From positions 1,152,001-1,216,000 of the forward strand of contig OZ241841.1 of NCBI GenBank assembly GCA_965202665.1: a stretch of DNA of 64,000 bases, in the 5' to 3' direction. Position 1 is the first letter of the stretch. Every line of letters starts with the position of its first letter. Below are positions 30,918 to 39,755 of the stretch, one piece after another. The notes under the pieces were generated by a model. The model had not been told where the DNA came from. It did no database searches and saw nothing but the letters and a program-made list of their open reading frames with translations. Made by a program: the position numbers and the translations under genes. The stretch comes from Candidatus Spongiisociaceae bacterium. GTDB taxonomy: Bacteria > Actinomycetota > Acidimicrobiia > Spongiisociales > Spongiisociaceae.

Positions 30918-31709
30918 TCAGCGGCCTTGCCAGACTGGGGGGCGTTTTTCGGTGAACGCGCGCGGGCCCTCCTGCGCGTCTTCGGAGGACAGCATCCGCT
31001 GGTAGGACTCCACTTCCCCGGAGCGCATCAACGCCAGCCCGTCCCGTACGTTTAAACCTTCGGTGCGGCGGCGCAGATCCAGCACGGCCTCCACCGCCAA
31101 CGGGGCCATCTCCGCCACTTGGTCGGCCATCTCCCGGGCCGTCTCCAACAGACGCTCCCCCGGAACCACCCGGTTTGCCAAACCGAACTGCAAGGCCTCC
31201 CCGGCGGTGAGCCGCCGTCCCAGAATCAAAACTTCGGTGGCCAAAGCGCGGGGCAGCAGTTTCGGCAAGCACACCGACCCCACATCGGGGATGATCCCGG
31301 CCGCCGTTTCCGGCAGGAAAAACTGCGCGTGGTCGGCCGCTGCCACCAGGTCGGCGCACATCGTCATCTCAAACCCGCCCCCCACCGCCATTCCGTTCAC
31401 CGCCAAAATCACCGGCTTGCGCAAACCGGGCAGTTCCGGGAAACCGCCGAACCCGCCCGGCCCGTAGTCGGACTCGTAGGCCTCCCCTTCGGCGGCCGCC
31501 CCCAAATCCCACCCGGCGGTGAAAAAACGCTCCCCGGCCCCGGTGAAAATGGCCGCCCGCAACTCGGGGTCGTCCCGAAACTCCACGAACGCCTCCCCCA
31601 AAACACGGCTGGTTCGGGCATCGATGGCGTTGGCCTTGGGCCGGTCCAAAGTTATTTCCAAAACGGGACCCCGGCGCGCGGTGCGAACGGCGGAGGCGAT
31701 GTCGCTCAT
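30918..31709 (-). CDS. Enoyl-CoA hydratase, carnitinyl/crotonobetainyl-CoA hydratase (CaiD-like)
   Basis: LDRPKANAID, AGWDL, AVGGGFE, LPE crotonase motifs; operon context. Confidence 0.85.
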   Translation of the reverse strand: MSDIASAVRTARRGPVLEITLDRPKANAIDARTSRVLGEAFVEFRDDPELRAAIFTGAGERFFTAGWDLGAAAEGEAYESDYGPGGFGGFPELPGLRKPVILAVNGMAVGGGFEMTMCADLVAAADHAQFFLPETAAGIIPDVGSVCLPKLLPRALATEVLILGRRLTAGEALQFGLANRVVPGERLLETAREMADQVAEMAPLAVEAVLDLRRRTEGLNVRDGLALMRSGEVESYQRMLSSEDAQEGPRAFTEKRPPVWQGR

Positions 31710-31742
31710 GACCCCAAGCCTACCCCTCCCCCAAACCTCCGC

Positions 31743-33815
31743 TTACCGGCCAGCGCGGGTTATCAGCGCGTCCACCGCCCACGCCCCGTCGCCGGTTACC
31801 AGCAACGGATTAACCTCCGCCTCTGCAATGTCGGGCCGGGAAGCCACCAACTCCACCAGGCGCACCGCCGCCTCCGCCGCCGCCCGCGCGTCGCCCGCTG
31901 GACCGCCCCGGAAACCGGCCAGCAACCTCCCCACCCGCAGGCCGGCCAAAGCCTCCTCCGCCTCCTCTACGGTCACCGGCGCCGGCAAAGTCACCGCGTC
32001 GGCCAACAACTCCGCCAATATCCCCCCCGCCCCCAAAGTGAGGGTGATTCCCAACGGACGCTCCCGGCGCGCCGCAACCAGCAACTCGGCCGCCCCGCCG
32101 GTGATTTGCCGTTCCACCAGGGCCCGCCCCCCCTCCCCGGCCAGCCTGTCCAAAGCCCGCCGCAACTGTCCTTCGTCGGCGATGTCCAACTCCACCCCGC
32201 CCCGCTCCGTTTTGTGGGCCGCCCCCACCTGCTTGACCACCAGCGGAAACCCCAACCGGGCCGCCGCCTCCGCCGCCCCGGCCGCCCCCCCCGCCGTCAT
32301 GCCTTCCGGCACCGACATTCCCGCCTCCCGCAAAATCTGTTTCGCCTCCGGTTCGTCCAAAACCGAAACGGCGGACGGGGCCTCCCCGGCGGGCAGAGGA
32401 AGGGGAGGGGGATCCTGCGCGAACCACCCGCCCACCCGGGCGGCCGCCGCCAAACCGAACAGGGCTTCGTCGATGGAGAAGGCGGCCGCCAAGCCTCGTT
32501 CCGTCAGATGCTCCCGCACCCGAACGGGCAGGTTTTCGGCCAGGCCGGCCGCCACCGCCGCCGGGGTTCCGGTGGCGGCCGAAGCATCCGCCCAGGCGTT
32601 CAAAGTGGGCCACCAGGCCGAATCGTCGTTGTTCTCATCCGGCCAGTCCAAAATGAGCATGCCGGCGTCCGCCGGCCCGTCGAGGACGGCGGTGAAACAG
32701 CGGCGGAGGGCCGCCTCGTCCCCCCAGATAAACGTGTGGTAATCGAGCGGGTTGGTTATGGCCACCAAATCGGAGAGGGTGTCTTTGATGCGACGAGCGT
32801 GCCCTTCGGCGAACGGCTCAAACGTCACGTCGTAGCGGGCGGCGCTGTCCGCCGCCAAAGCCGCCTCCCCACCGGAGCAGGACAGCGAAACCAGCCTGTT
32901 GCCCGGCAACGGCCCCAGCCTTTCCAAAACGGCCAAAGCCGCCATCATCTCCGGCAAAGTGTCCGCCCGAACCGCCCCGAAGCGGTCGAAGAAGCCGTCG
33001 TAGGCGGCGGCGGGACCGGCCAGGGCGGCGGTGTGGGAGGCGGTTATCAACTCGGCGGCGGCGGTGCGCCCCGTTTTCAGGACCGCCACCGGAGTGCGGG
33101 ACTCCCGGCAGGCCAGCAGGGCGCGGGCAAACCGGGGCGGGTCGGCGATGGACTCCAAATGAACGCCCACCGCCGTCACCTCCGGGGCGGCGGCGAAATG
33201 CTCCAGCAAATGTTCGGCGGCGGCCGACGCCTGGTTGCCCAGCGAAGCCACATAGGAAAAATCCACCCCGCGGCGGTTCATGGTCAGGTTGAGGGCGATG
33301 TTGCCCGACTGGGCGATCAGGGCCGGGCCGCGCCGCACCCTCCGGCAACCGTGCACATCCGGCCACAGGGCCGCCCCGGACACGGCGTTTATCAGCCCGT
33401 AACAGTTGGGCCCGATGAGCGGCATGTCATGGCCGTCCGTCAACGCCGCCTGCAAGGCCGCCCCCTCCGCCCCGGCTTCGGCGAACCCGGAAGCGTACAG
33501 CACCGCCCCTCCGCATCCCAGCTCCGCCAACTCCCGCACCGCCCGCACCGTCTGAAAACGGTCCACCGCCACGAAAGCCGCATCCGGGGGGGACGGCAAA
33601 TCGGCCAGGGAGCGGAAAACGGCCCGGCCCGCCATCCGCTCCCGGGTGGGGTTGACCGGCCACGCCTCCCCCTCGTATCCCAAGCGGTCGCACATTTTGA
33701 TGGCCCGCTCCGCCGGGTCGCCCCCGATGAAAACGGCGGAACGGGGAGACAGCAAACGGCCCAGCCCGCCGGCCGCACCCTGCTCCCGGCCGGCTGGGCC
33801 GGTAGGGGCGCTCAC
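31743..33815 (-). CDS. ADP-forming acyl-CoA synthetase (acetate--CoA ligase family)
   Basis: GPNCYG, QSG, SHTAALAG, NPLD, HKTERGGV, EVNP; GTG overlaps the upstream stop. Confidence 0.88.
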   Translation of the reverse strand: MSAPTGPAGREQGAAGGLGRLLSPRSAVFIGGDPAERAIKMCDRLGYEGEAWPVNPTRERMAGRAVFRSLADLPSPPDAAFVAVDRFQTVRAVRELAELGCGGAVLYASGFAEAGAEGAALQAALTDGHDMPLIGPNCYGLINAVSGAALWPDVHGCRRVRRGPALIAQSGNIALNLTMNRRGVDFSYVASLGNQASAAAEHLLEHFAAAPEVTAVGVHLESIADPPRFARALLACRESRTPVAVLKTGRTAAAELITASHTAALAGPAAAYDGFFDRFGAVRADTLPEMMAALAVLERLGPLPGNRLVSLSCSGGEAALAADSAARYDVTFEPFAEGHARRIKDTLSDLVAITNPLDYHTFIWGDEAALRRCFTAVLDGPADAGMLILDWPDENNDDSAWWPTLNAWADASAATGTPAAVAAGLAENLPVRVREHLTERGLAAAFSIDEALFGLAAAARVGGWFAQDPPPLPLPAGEAPSAVSVLDEPEAKQILREAGMSVPEGMTAGGAAGAAEAAARLGFPLVVKQVGAAHKTERGGVELDIADEGQLRRALDRLAGEGGRALVERQITGGAAELLVAARRERPLGITLTLGAGGILAELLADAVTLPAPVTVEEAEEALAGLRVGRLLAGFRGGPAGDARAAAEAAVRLVELVASRPDIAEAEVNPLLVTGDGAWAVDALITRAGR

Positions 33816-34972
33816 CCGCCGCGGGGGCGCAACATGGAGCGGGAAATAATGTGGCGCTGGATTTCCGATGTGCCGTCCCAGATGCGATCCACCCGGGTGT
33901 CGCGCCACATTCTTTCCAGCGGCAACTCGTCCATCAGCCCCATTCCGCCGAAAATTTGGATGGCCTCATCGGTCACGAACTGGCACATTTCGGTGGCGAA
34001 CACTTTGGCCATGGCCGCGTCGGCGTCGGTCAAAACCCCCTCCCCGTCCCGCCAGGCGGCGCGCAAAGTGAGAACCTCGGCCGCCTCATAGCGGGTTTGC
34101 ATGTCGGCCAATTTGAAAGAAACCCCCTGGAAACGGCCTATTTTTTGACCGAACTGGGTGCGGGTGGCGGCCCAGTCGGCCGCCAAAGCGATGGCCCGCC
34201 GGGCCCGGCCCAGGCAGATGGCCGCCACCTGCAGGCGGGTGGAACCCAGCCACTCCCCGGCCAGATCAAACCCTTTGTGCTCCTCCCCCAGCACGTTGGC
34301 GGCCGGCACCCGGCAGTCGTCGAACTCCAAAATGAAATTGTGGTAGCCCCGGTTGGACACCGCCCGGTAGCCGGGGCGCACCTCGAAACCGGGGGTTCCC
34401 CGATCCACCAGAAAACAGGTGATCAACTTGCGGGGGCCGCGCGGGCCCGGCTCCTCCCCGGTGGCGGCGAACAGGATCACGTAATCGGACATGTCCACGT
34501 GGCTGATGAAATGCTTCACCCCTTTGATCACGTAGTCGGAGCCGTCCCGCACCGCCCGGCACCGCATCCCCCGCAGGTCGGAGCCGGCGTCCGGTTCGCT
34601 CATCGCCAAACTGTCGTAACGCTCCCCCCGGATGGTGGGGACCAGAAAACGTTCGATCTGCTCCCCCCGGCAGGCCGCCAGGATGTTGGACGGGCGGGCC
34701 ACGATGAAATGAAGGGCGTAGGAGGAGGCCCCCAGTTCGCGTTCCACCAGGGCCATGGTCAGAGGATCCAAGCCGCCGCCGCCGTGTTCGGCGGGCATGT
34801 TGGCCGCGTAAATTCCCGCCTCCAACGCCTTCGCTTTAATCCGTGCGGCTGTTTCCGGGGGGACCCGGTCTTCCCGCTCCACCGTTTCCTCGTGGGGAAA
34901 CAGCTCGTTTTCGGTGAAAGCGCGGGCGGTTTCCACGATCAGGCGCTGCTCGTCGGTCAGGCTGAACTCCAT
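33812..34972 (-). CDS. Acyl-CoA dehydrogenase (probable butyrobetainyl-CoA dehydrogenase)
   Basis: SEPDAGSD, RTQFGQKI, QIFGGMG, IWDGTSEIQR. Confidence 0.9.
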   Translation of the reverse strand: MEFSLTDEQRLIVETARAFTENELFPHEETVEREDRVPPETAARIKAKALEAGIYAANMPAEHGGGGLDPLTMALVERELGASSYALHFIVARPSNILAACRGEQIERFLVPTIRGERYDSLAMSEPDAGSDLRGMRCRAVRDGSDYVIKGVKHFISHVDMSDYVILFAATGEEPGPRGPRKLITCFLVDRGTPGFEVRPGYRAVSNRGYHNFILEFDDCRVPAANVLGEEHKGFDLAGEWLGSTRLQVAAICLGRARRAIALAADWAATRTQFGQKIGRFQGVSFKLADMQTRYEAAEVLTLRAAWRDGEGVLTDADAAMAKVFATEMCQFVTDEAIQIFGGMGLMDELPLERMWRDTRVDRIWDGTSEIQRHIISRSMLRPRGG

Positions 34973-36537
34973 CAGGACCTCCTGGTTTTCATCACCCGCC
35001 CCAAGAATTCGGGGGGTTCCATTTTGCGGTGCGCCTCCCAGACGGCGGCCAAGGCCCGGGCCGGGGTTTCGGCGATGGGGGCGGCCCGCCCGGCTTTGGT
35101 GTCCACATGCAACAGCATCTGCTCGGTCGCCGCCGCCAACTCGCCGGTTTCCTCGTTGAACATCTGATGGTAAAAATGAAGCCGTTTCTCATCCAAGCCG
35201 ACAATCTGGGTGGTGAAACGCAGCGAATCGCCCCCGTCCACTTCCCGCAGAAAGTTGATGTGGGTTTCCCGGGTGTAGAAGGAACGGCCCGCCGCCCGGT
35301 AGGATTCGTTGTCGCCGATGAACCGGAACAGGGCGTCGGACGCCCATCCGAAAGCTGTCAGATAGGCGGCTTCGGTCATATGGTTGTTGTAATCCACCCA
35401 ATCCGGCTCCACATCGCACCGGTAGAGTTGCAGGGGGGCGGCTATGGGAACGCCGGGCGACCAGACGGCGGCCGCCTCCCCGAAGCGGCGGGCCTCCCGG
35501 CGGGCCAAGATGCGCCCCGCTCCCATGTTGACGGAACGCAAAGCCCGCATCACCGCGATCAGGAAATCGTCCCGGCGCCGTTCCAACTCGGCGATGGAAC
35601 TCCCGCCCGCCTGCTCCTCCGTTCCCTCCACCATTTTTTCGACCAGGGCCGGGGTCAGCGGGGGGGCTTCCAGTTTGGTCCACGGGAGTTGCAGGGCCGG
35701 GCCGAACTGCCGCAGCATATGGCGCATCCCCCCCGCTCCGCCCGCCAGGTGGAAAGTCAAGTTGACGCCCATTCCCGCCCAGCGCAGGCCCGGCCCGTAG
35801 ATGATGGAATCGTCTAACTCGCCGGTGTCGGCTATCCCGTCGTTGACCAGATGCAGGGACTCCCGCCACAGGGCCTCCTGCAACCGGTCGGACAGGTAGC
35901 CTTCTATCTCCCGGCGCACCACCAGCGGATGCATGTCCAAAAAGTCGTAGACGTCCGCCGCCCGGCGGATGCTTTCCGGGGCGGTGCGCTCCCCGCCCAC
36001 GATTTCACACAACGGCAGCAGATAGACCGGGTTGAACGGGTGGCCGATCAGGATCCGTTGCGGATAGGCGCATCCGGCGGCCAAACGGGTGGGGAGCAGG
36101 CCGGAGGAGCTGGAAGCGATTATTTTGCCGGGGTGGGCGGCGGAATCCAGCCGGGCCAGCAACCCGGCTTTTATGTTTTCGTCTTCGGGGGCGGACTCTT
36201 GGATGAAATCGGCCGCCTCCCCCACCGCCTCCGGGCTGTCCAAGAAAGAAATACGGTCGGGGCTGGCGTCCGGATACAATCCCAGCCGCTGCAGGGACGG
36301 CCAGGCGGCGGCCACCGCCTCCCGCAACCGGGTTTCGGCCCCGGGGGCTGGGTCCCAGGCGGCCACTTCCAAGCCCCGGCCCAGGGCCCGGGCCGCCCAA
36401 CCGGCTCCGATCACCCCGCATCCCGCCACCCCGAACACCCGCGGCGGGCGGGCGGAATCCCCGGCTGGGGCTTGCCCGGCATGGGCCGCGTCCGCCGGGC
36501 GGGGGGCGGCGGAGCGGGCGGCGTCCCCTCCGTCCAC
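34972..36537 (-). CDS. lcdH: L-carnitine 3-dehydrogenase fused to C-terminal betainyl-CoA thioesterase
   Basis: GCGVIGAGW, QESAPE, SSSSGLLP, GHPFNPVYLLPLCE, DRLQEALWRE, YGPGLRW; hot-dog domain WVDYNNHMTEAAY. Confidence 0.85.
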   Translation of the reverse strand: MDGGDAARSAAPRPADAAHAGQAPAGDSARPPRVFGVAGCGVIGAGWAARALGRGLEVAAWDPAPGAETRLREAVAAAWPSLQRLGLYPDASPDRISFLDSPEAVGEAADFIQESAPEDENIKAGLLARLDSAAHPGKIIASSSSGLLPTRLAAGCAYPQRILIGHPFNPVYLLPLCEIVGGERTAPESIRRAADVYDFLDMHPLVVRREIEGYLSDRLQEALWRESLHLVNDGIADTGELDDSIIYGPGLRWAGMGVNLTFHLAGGAGGMRHMLRQFGPALQLPWTKLEAPPLTPALVEKMVEGTEEQAGGSSIAELERRRDDFLIAVMRALRSVNMGAGRILARREARRFGEAAAVWSPGVPIAAPLQLYRCDVEPDWVDYNNHMTEAAYLTAFGWASDALFRFIGDNESYRAAGRSFYTRETHINFLREVDGGDSLRFTTQIVGLDEKRLHFYHQMFNEETGELAAATEQMLLHVDTKAGRAAPIAETPARALAAVWEAHRKMEPPEFLGRVMKTRRS

Positions 36538-36540
36538 TTT

Positions 36541-37470
36541 CTAGTACGCCACCTTGTCCAGGCCTTTCAAAGCCAGCCGCTCCCGGGTTTCGGCGGGGGA
36601 AGCGGGCTCCCGGGACAGCTCCCGCAGGATGCGCACGATCTTCGCCACCTGCTCGGCGTTGGACTCGGCCAGTTTCCCTTTGCGCAGGTACAGGCCGTCC
36701 TCCAAGCCGACCCGCACGTTGCCGCCCAAAGTGGCGCCGGCGGTGACCAGATCGAACTGATGCCGCCCGCCCCCCAGGATGGACCATTCCAGGTCGTGCC
36801 CGAACAGGCGGTTGGCGGCCGTTTTCATCGCCACCACGTTTTCCACATCCGGGCCGATGCCCCCGAAAGTTCCCATCACGAACTGCATGAAAATGGGGGG
36901 TTGTATCAGGCCCCGGTCCAGGAAATAGGCCAAGGTGTAAAGGTGGCCCACATCGTAGGCCTCGAACTCGAACCGGCATCCGGTTTCGGCGGCCAACTCG
37001 GAGAGCATGTATTCGATGTCGCCGAAAGTGTTGACGAACGGCTCCCATTTGGTGCTTTCCAGGAACGGCTCCTCCCAGTCGTATTTCCAGCGGCCCTCGT
37101 AGCGGGGAATCATTTGGAACAGGCCGTAGTTCATGGTGCCCAGGTTGCAGGTGGCCAACTCCGGTTGCAGGACTTTGATAACCCGCAGCCTTTCTTCGAT
37201 GGTCTGGCCGGTGGCCCCGCCGGTGGTGATGGAAACCACCGCGTCGCATCCGTCCCGAATGCCAGCGCAGTATTCCCCGAACAGGCCCGGGTCGGCCACC
37301 GGACGTCCGTCCTCCGGGTCGCGGGCGTGCAAATGAATGACGGCCGCCCCCTCCCGGGCGGCGTCCACCGACTGCCGGACATGCTCCTCGACGGTGATCG
37401 GGATGTCGCTGTTCATAGTGGGGGTGTGCGATCCGCCGGTAACCGCGCAGGTGACGATCACGCCGCTCAT
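36541..37470 (-). CDS. Beta-keto acid cleavage enzyme (BKACE/DUF849; probable dehydrocarnitine cleavage)
   Basis: VTCAVTG, IHLHAR, ITTGG, NVRVGLED. Confidence 0.88.
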   Translation of the reverse strand: MSGVIVTCAVTGGSHTPTMNSDIPITVEEHVRQSVDAAREGAAVIHLHARDPEDGRPVADPGLFGEYCAGIRDGCDAVVSITTGGATGQTIEERLRVIKVLQPELATCNLGTMNYGLFQMIPRYEGRWKYDWEEPFLESTKWEPFVNTFGDIEYMLSELAAETGCRFEFEAYDVGHLYTLAYFLDRGLIQPPIFMQFVMGTFGGIGPDVENVVAMKTAANRLFGHDLEWSILGGGRHQFDLVTAGATLGGNVRVGLEDGLYLRKGKLAESNAEQVAKIVRILRELSREPASPAETRERLALKGLDKVAY

Positions 37471-37627
37471 AGTCCCCTCCTTATAATTAGGGTCTTGGGG
37501 TCCGTCCCGTTGTTCGCGCCGCGCATTCTAAATACAAAACACCCGCGGCGGGAGCGCGGGGCGGATTTTATGAGTTTGATTCCGGGGGTTTTGATTCCGG
37601 GGTGCGGGGGCGGACTATCTTGGGGAT

Positions 37628-38743
37628 ATGGCTCCGCAGACCGGCCTGCCCCGTCCCGATTACGAGGGGGGTTCGCTCATCAACCTGGTGGCCGAACTGG
37701 AATGGCGGCTGACCGGGGAGGCGGTCGCCCCCCGTTTGCGCGGCCCGTTGGCGGAGGCCGTTCCCGAGGCCCGCGCCTATGTGCTGGTGGTGGCGGACGG
37801 GTTGGGGGCCGGGCAGTTGGACCATCCGGCGGCGGCGCCCCTGCGGGCGGCTTCGGCGGGGACTTTGGACGCCCCGTTTCCGACCACCACCTCCGTCAGT
37901 TTGTCCAGCCTGGCGACCGGACTGCCCCCCGCCCGGCACGGGGTGCTGGGTTACATGATCCTGTTGCCCGGCTATCCGCGGCCAGTCAACGCCCTGAAAT
38001 GGACGGACTCTTCCGGGCGGGCGGTGCATTTTGACACCGGCTCCCTTTTGCCCGCCCCCAATCTGTGGGAGCGGCTGGGGCGGGCGGGGGTGGAATGCTT
38101 CACCGTGCAACCCTCCGAATTCGCCGGGACTCCGCTCAGCCGGGCCCTGTACCGGGGCTGCGAATTTTGGGGGGTGCGCAATGCGGGGGAGGCGTGGTGG
38201 GCGGTGCGGCGGCTGTGTTCCGGCGGCCTGGGTCGGCGGCTGATAGTGGTCTATTTTCACGAAGTGGATGTGGCCGCCCACATGTTCGGGCAACACAGCC
38301 GGGAATACGAGCGGGCGATGCGGGGGGTCTGCTCGTGGTGGGAACGTATGGCGGACGGGTTGCCGGAGGGGGCGGCTTTGCTGGCCACCGCCGACCATGG
38401 GCACATTGACTACCGGATGGAGCGCAGGCATCTGATCAGCAGCCCCCAGGTCAAAGGTCTGCAGGTGTTCGGCGACACCCGCGCCCTCTATGTGAAAGGG
38501 CCCCGGGAATTGATCGCCGCGTTGGGGGAAGGGTTGCCCGCCGTCTGGCATCCGGTGGAAGACCTGATCCCCCTATGGGGGCCGAGCGACGGCCAAGCGC
38601 GGGGGGTCCGCCCGGACGGGGCGTTCCTAGCCGACCCCGGCTGGGTGATAGTCCCCGGCCATATGAACAAAAACCTGATCGGCAACCACGGCGGCCTGCA
38701 CCCCGCCGAACTCCGCGTCCCCCTGCTAACGGCGGGCGGCTGA
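37628..38743 (+). CDS. Alkaline phosphatase / nucleotide pyrophosphatase-phosphodiesterase family
   Basis: VADGLG, FPTTT..SLATG, D.AAH, TADHG, GNHGG. Confidence 0.85.
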   Translation: MAPQTGLPRPDYEGGSLINLVAELEWRLTGEAVAPRLRGPLAEAVPEARAYVLVVADGLGAGQLDHPAAAPLRAASAGTLDAPFPTTTSVSLSSLATGLPPARHGVLGYMILLPGYPRPVNALKWTDSSGRAVHFDTGSLLPAPNLWERLGRAGVECFTVQPSEFAGTPLSRALYRGCEFWGVRNAGEAWWAVRRLCSGGLGRRLIVVYFHEVDVAAHMFGQHSREYERAMRGVCSWWERMADGLPEGAALLATADHGHIDYRMERRHLISSPQVKGLQVFGDTRALYVKGPRELIAALGEGLPAVWHPVEDLIPLWGPSDGQARGVRPDGAFLADPGWVIVPGHMNKNLIGNHGGLHPAELRVPLLTAGG

Positions 38744-38751
38744 ACTTCAGG

Positions 38752-38997
38752 TCAGAGCAACCCCCGCAAACGCCGCAAACGCCATCGCCGTTTTTCTTCC
38801 GGTGCGTCCGTCTGAGCCGTTTCAGGCTCACTAACCGAAGGAGGCGGCGGCGGAGAGACAGGCTGAACCACCGGCGGAAGCGGGGCGATGGGCAAAGGGG
38901 ACGCCGGCGGAGGCACCGGCGCCGGTGGTGGAGAGATGGGCTGAGCAACCGGCGGAGGCGGCGATGGTGGAGAAACCGGCGGATCGACCGGCGGGGG
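38752..38997 (-). other. In-frame Pro-rich extension after the TAG of the WhiB-like gene
   Basis: 81 open codons PPPVDPPVSPPSPPPPVAQP..EEKRRWRLRRLRGLL then TGA. Confidence 0.65.
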
Positions 38998-39552
38998 CTA
39001 AGCGGCGGGGATGGTGGATATTCCCACCTGCCAGGGATGGGCGGCTTCCCCGGAGCTCAGCAGGTCGTGAAAGAATCTCCGACTCTCTCGTTCGTGGGCG
39101 GTGAGGTTGGCCGTGTACATCCTCCGGACGGGGCCGGGAGCTTTGGAGATGAGTGGCTTGGGGACGCCCATCTCTTTGCCTAGGAAAAAGGTTCTCCCCC
39201 CGTAGGGCCCGGTCAATTCCTGCTCCACCGCCATCTCCCCGCATTTCTCCATTACCGGGCATCGGGAACACCAACGGATGATCCCCTCCATCTGCTTGTG
39301 CAGGTAACGCTCCCACTCCTCTATCCCCGCTTTTCCGTTGTAAGGGGGAAAGAGATCCGCGTGCGCCTGGAGATTGTCGTGACAAGCGCCGTCCCCTTGC
39401 CAGTCGGGCAGGGGGCCAAAATTGTGGTTGAGGTCGCCCCTGACATCCCGAATGTCAGACCGGAGCGTCCGCAACAGGCCCAGAAAAAGGGCGACCGTCA
39501 CCGAAAGGGTTATCCCCTGGACGGACAGGATTGTGATGAGTCCCGCATCCAT
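38998..39552 (-). CDS. N-terminal TM + divergent WhiB-like Fe-S domain protein
   Basis: RBS AAGGAGG; TM segment; C-x37-C-x2-C-x5-C-x10-GPYGG; paralog at 57954-58451. Confidence 0.65.
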   Translation of the reverse strand: MDAGLITILSVQGITLSVTVALFLGLLRTLRSDIRDVRGDLNHNFGPLPDWQGDGACHDNLQAHADLFPPYNGKAGIEEWERYLHKQMEGIIRWCSRCPVMEKCGEMAVEQELTGPYGGRTFFLGKEMGVPKPLISKAPGPVRRMYTANLTAHERESRRFFHDLLSSGEAAHPWQVGISTIPAA

Positions 39553-39755
39553 TGCGCTTTCCTCCTTGCCAAGTTGGAGCATACCACTACCCCGGACTTA
39601 CCGAGCTCGTTTTGCTTTACTATTCTTATATAACCCAAAAAAGGGCTAAGTTCAACCCCCTTGTTTTGACTACCGCGTAATATAAGGGTTCGGTGAGACA
39701 AAAAATCTGCAAGTCTTCCTCCCCCCTCCCCCGCTTTTGCTAAGCTCACCGCCCG

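Noticed and set aside
37575-37602. Short direct repeat tttgattccgggg x2 between divergent genes
   Set aside because: Only two copies with no supporting context; possibly an operator but not supportable
38998-39000. Pyrrolysine or alternative genetic code at the TAG
   Set aside because: TAG is a normal stop in many genes here and there are no pyl genes in the window
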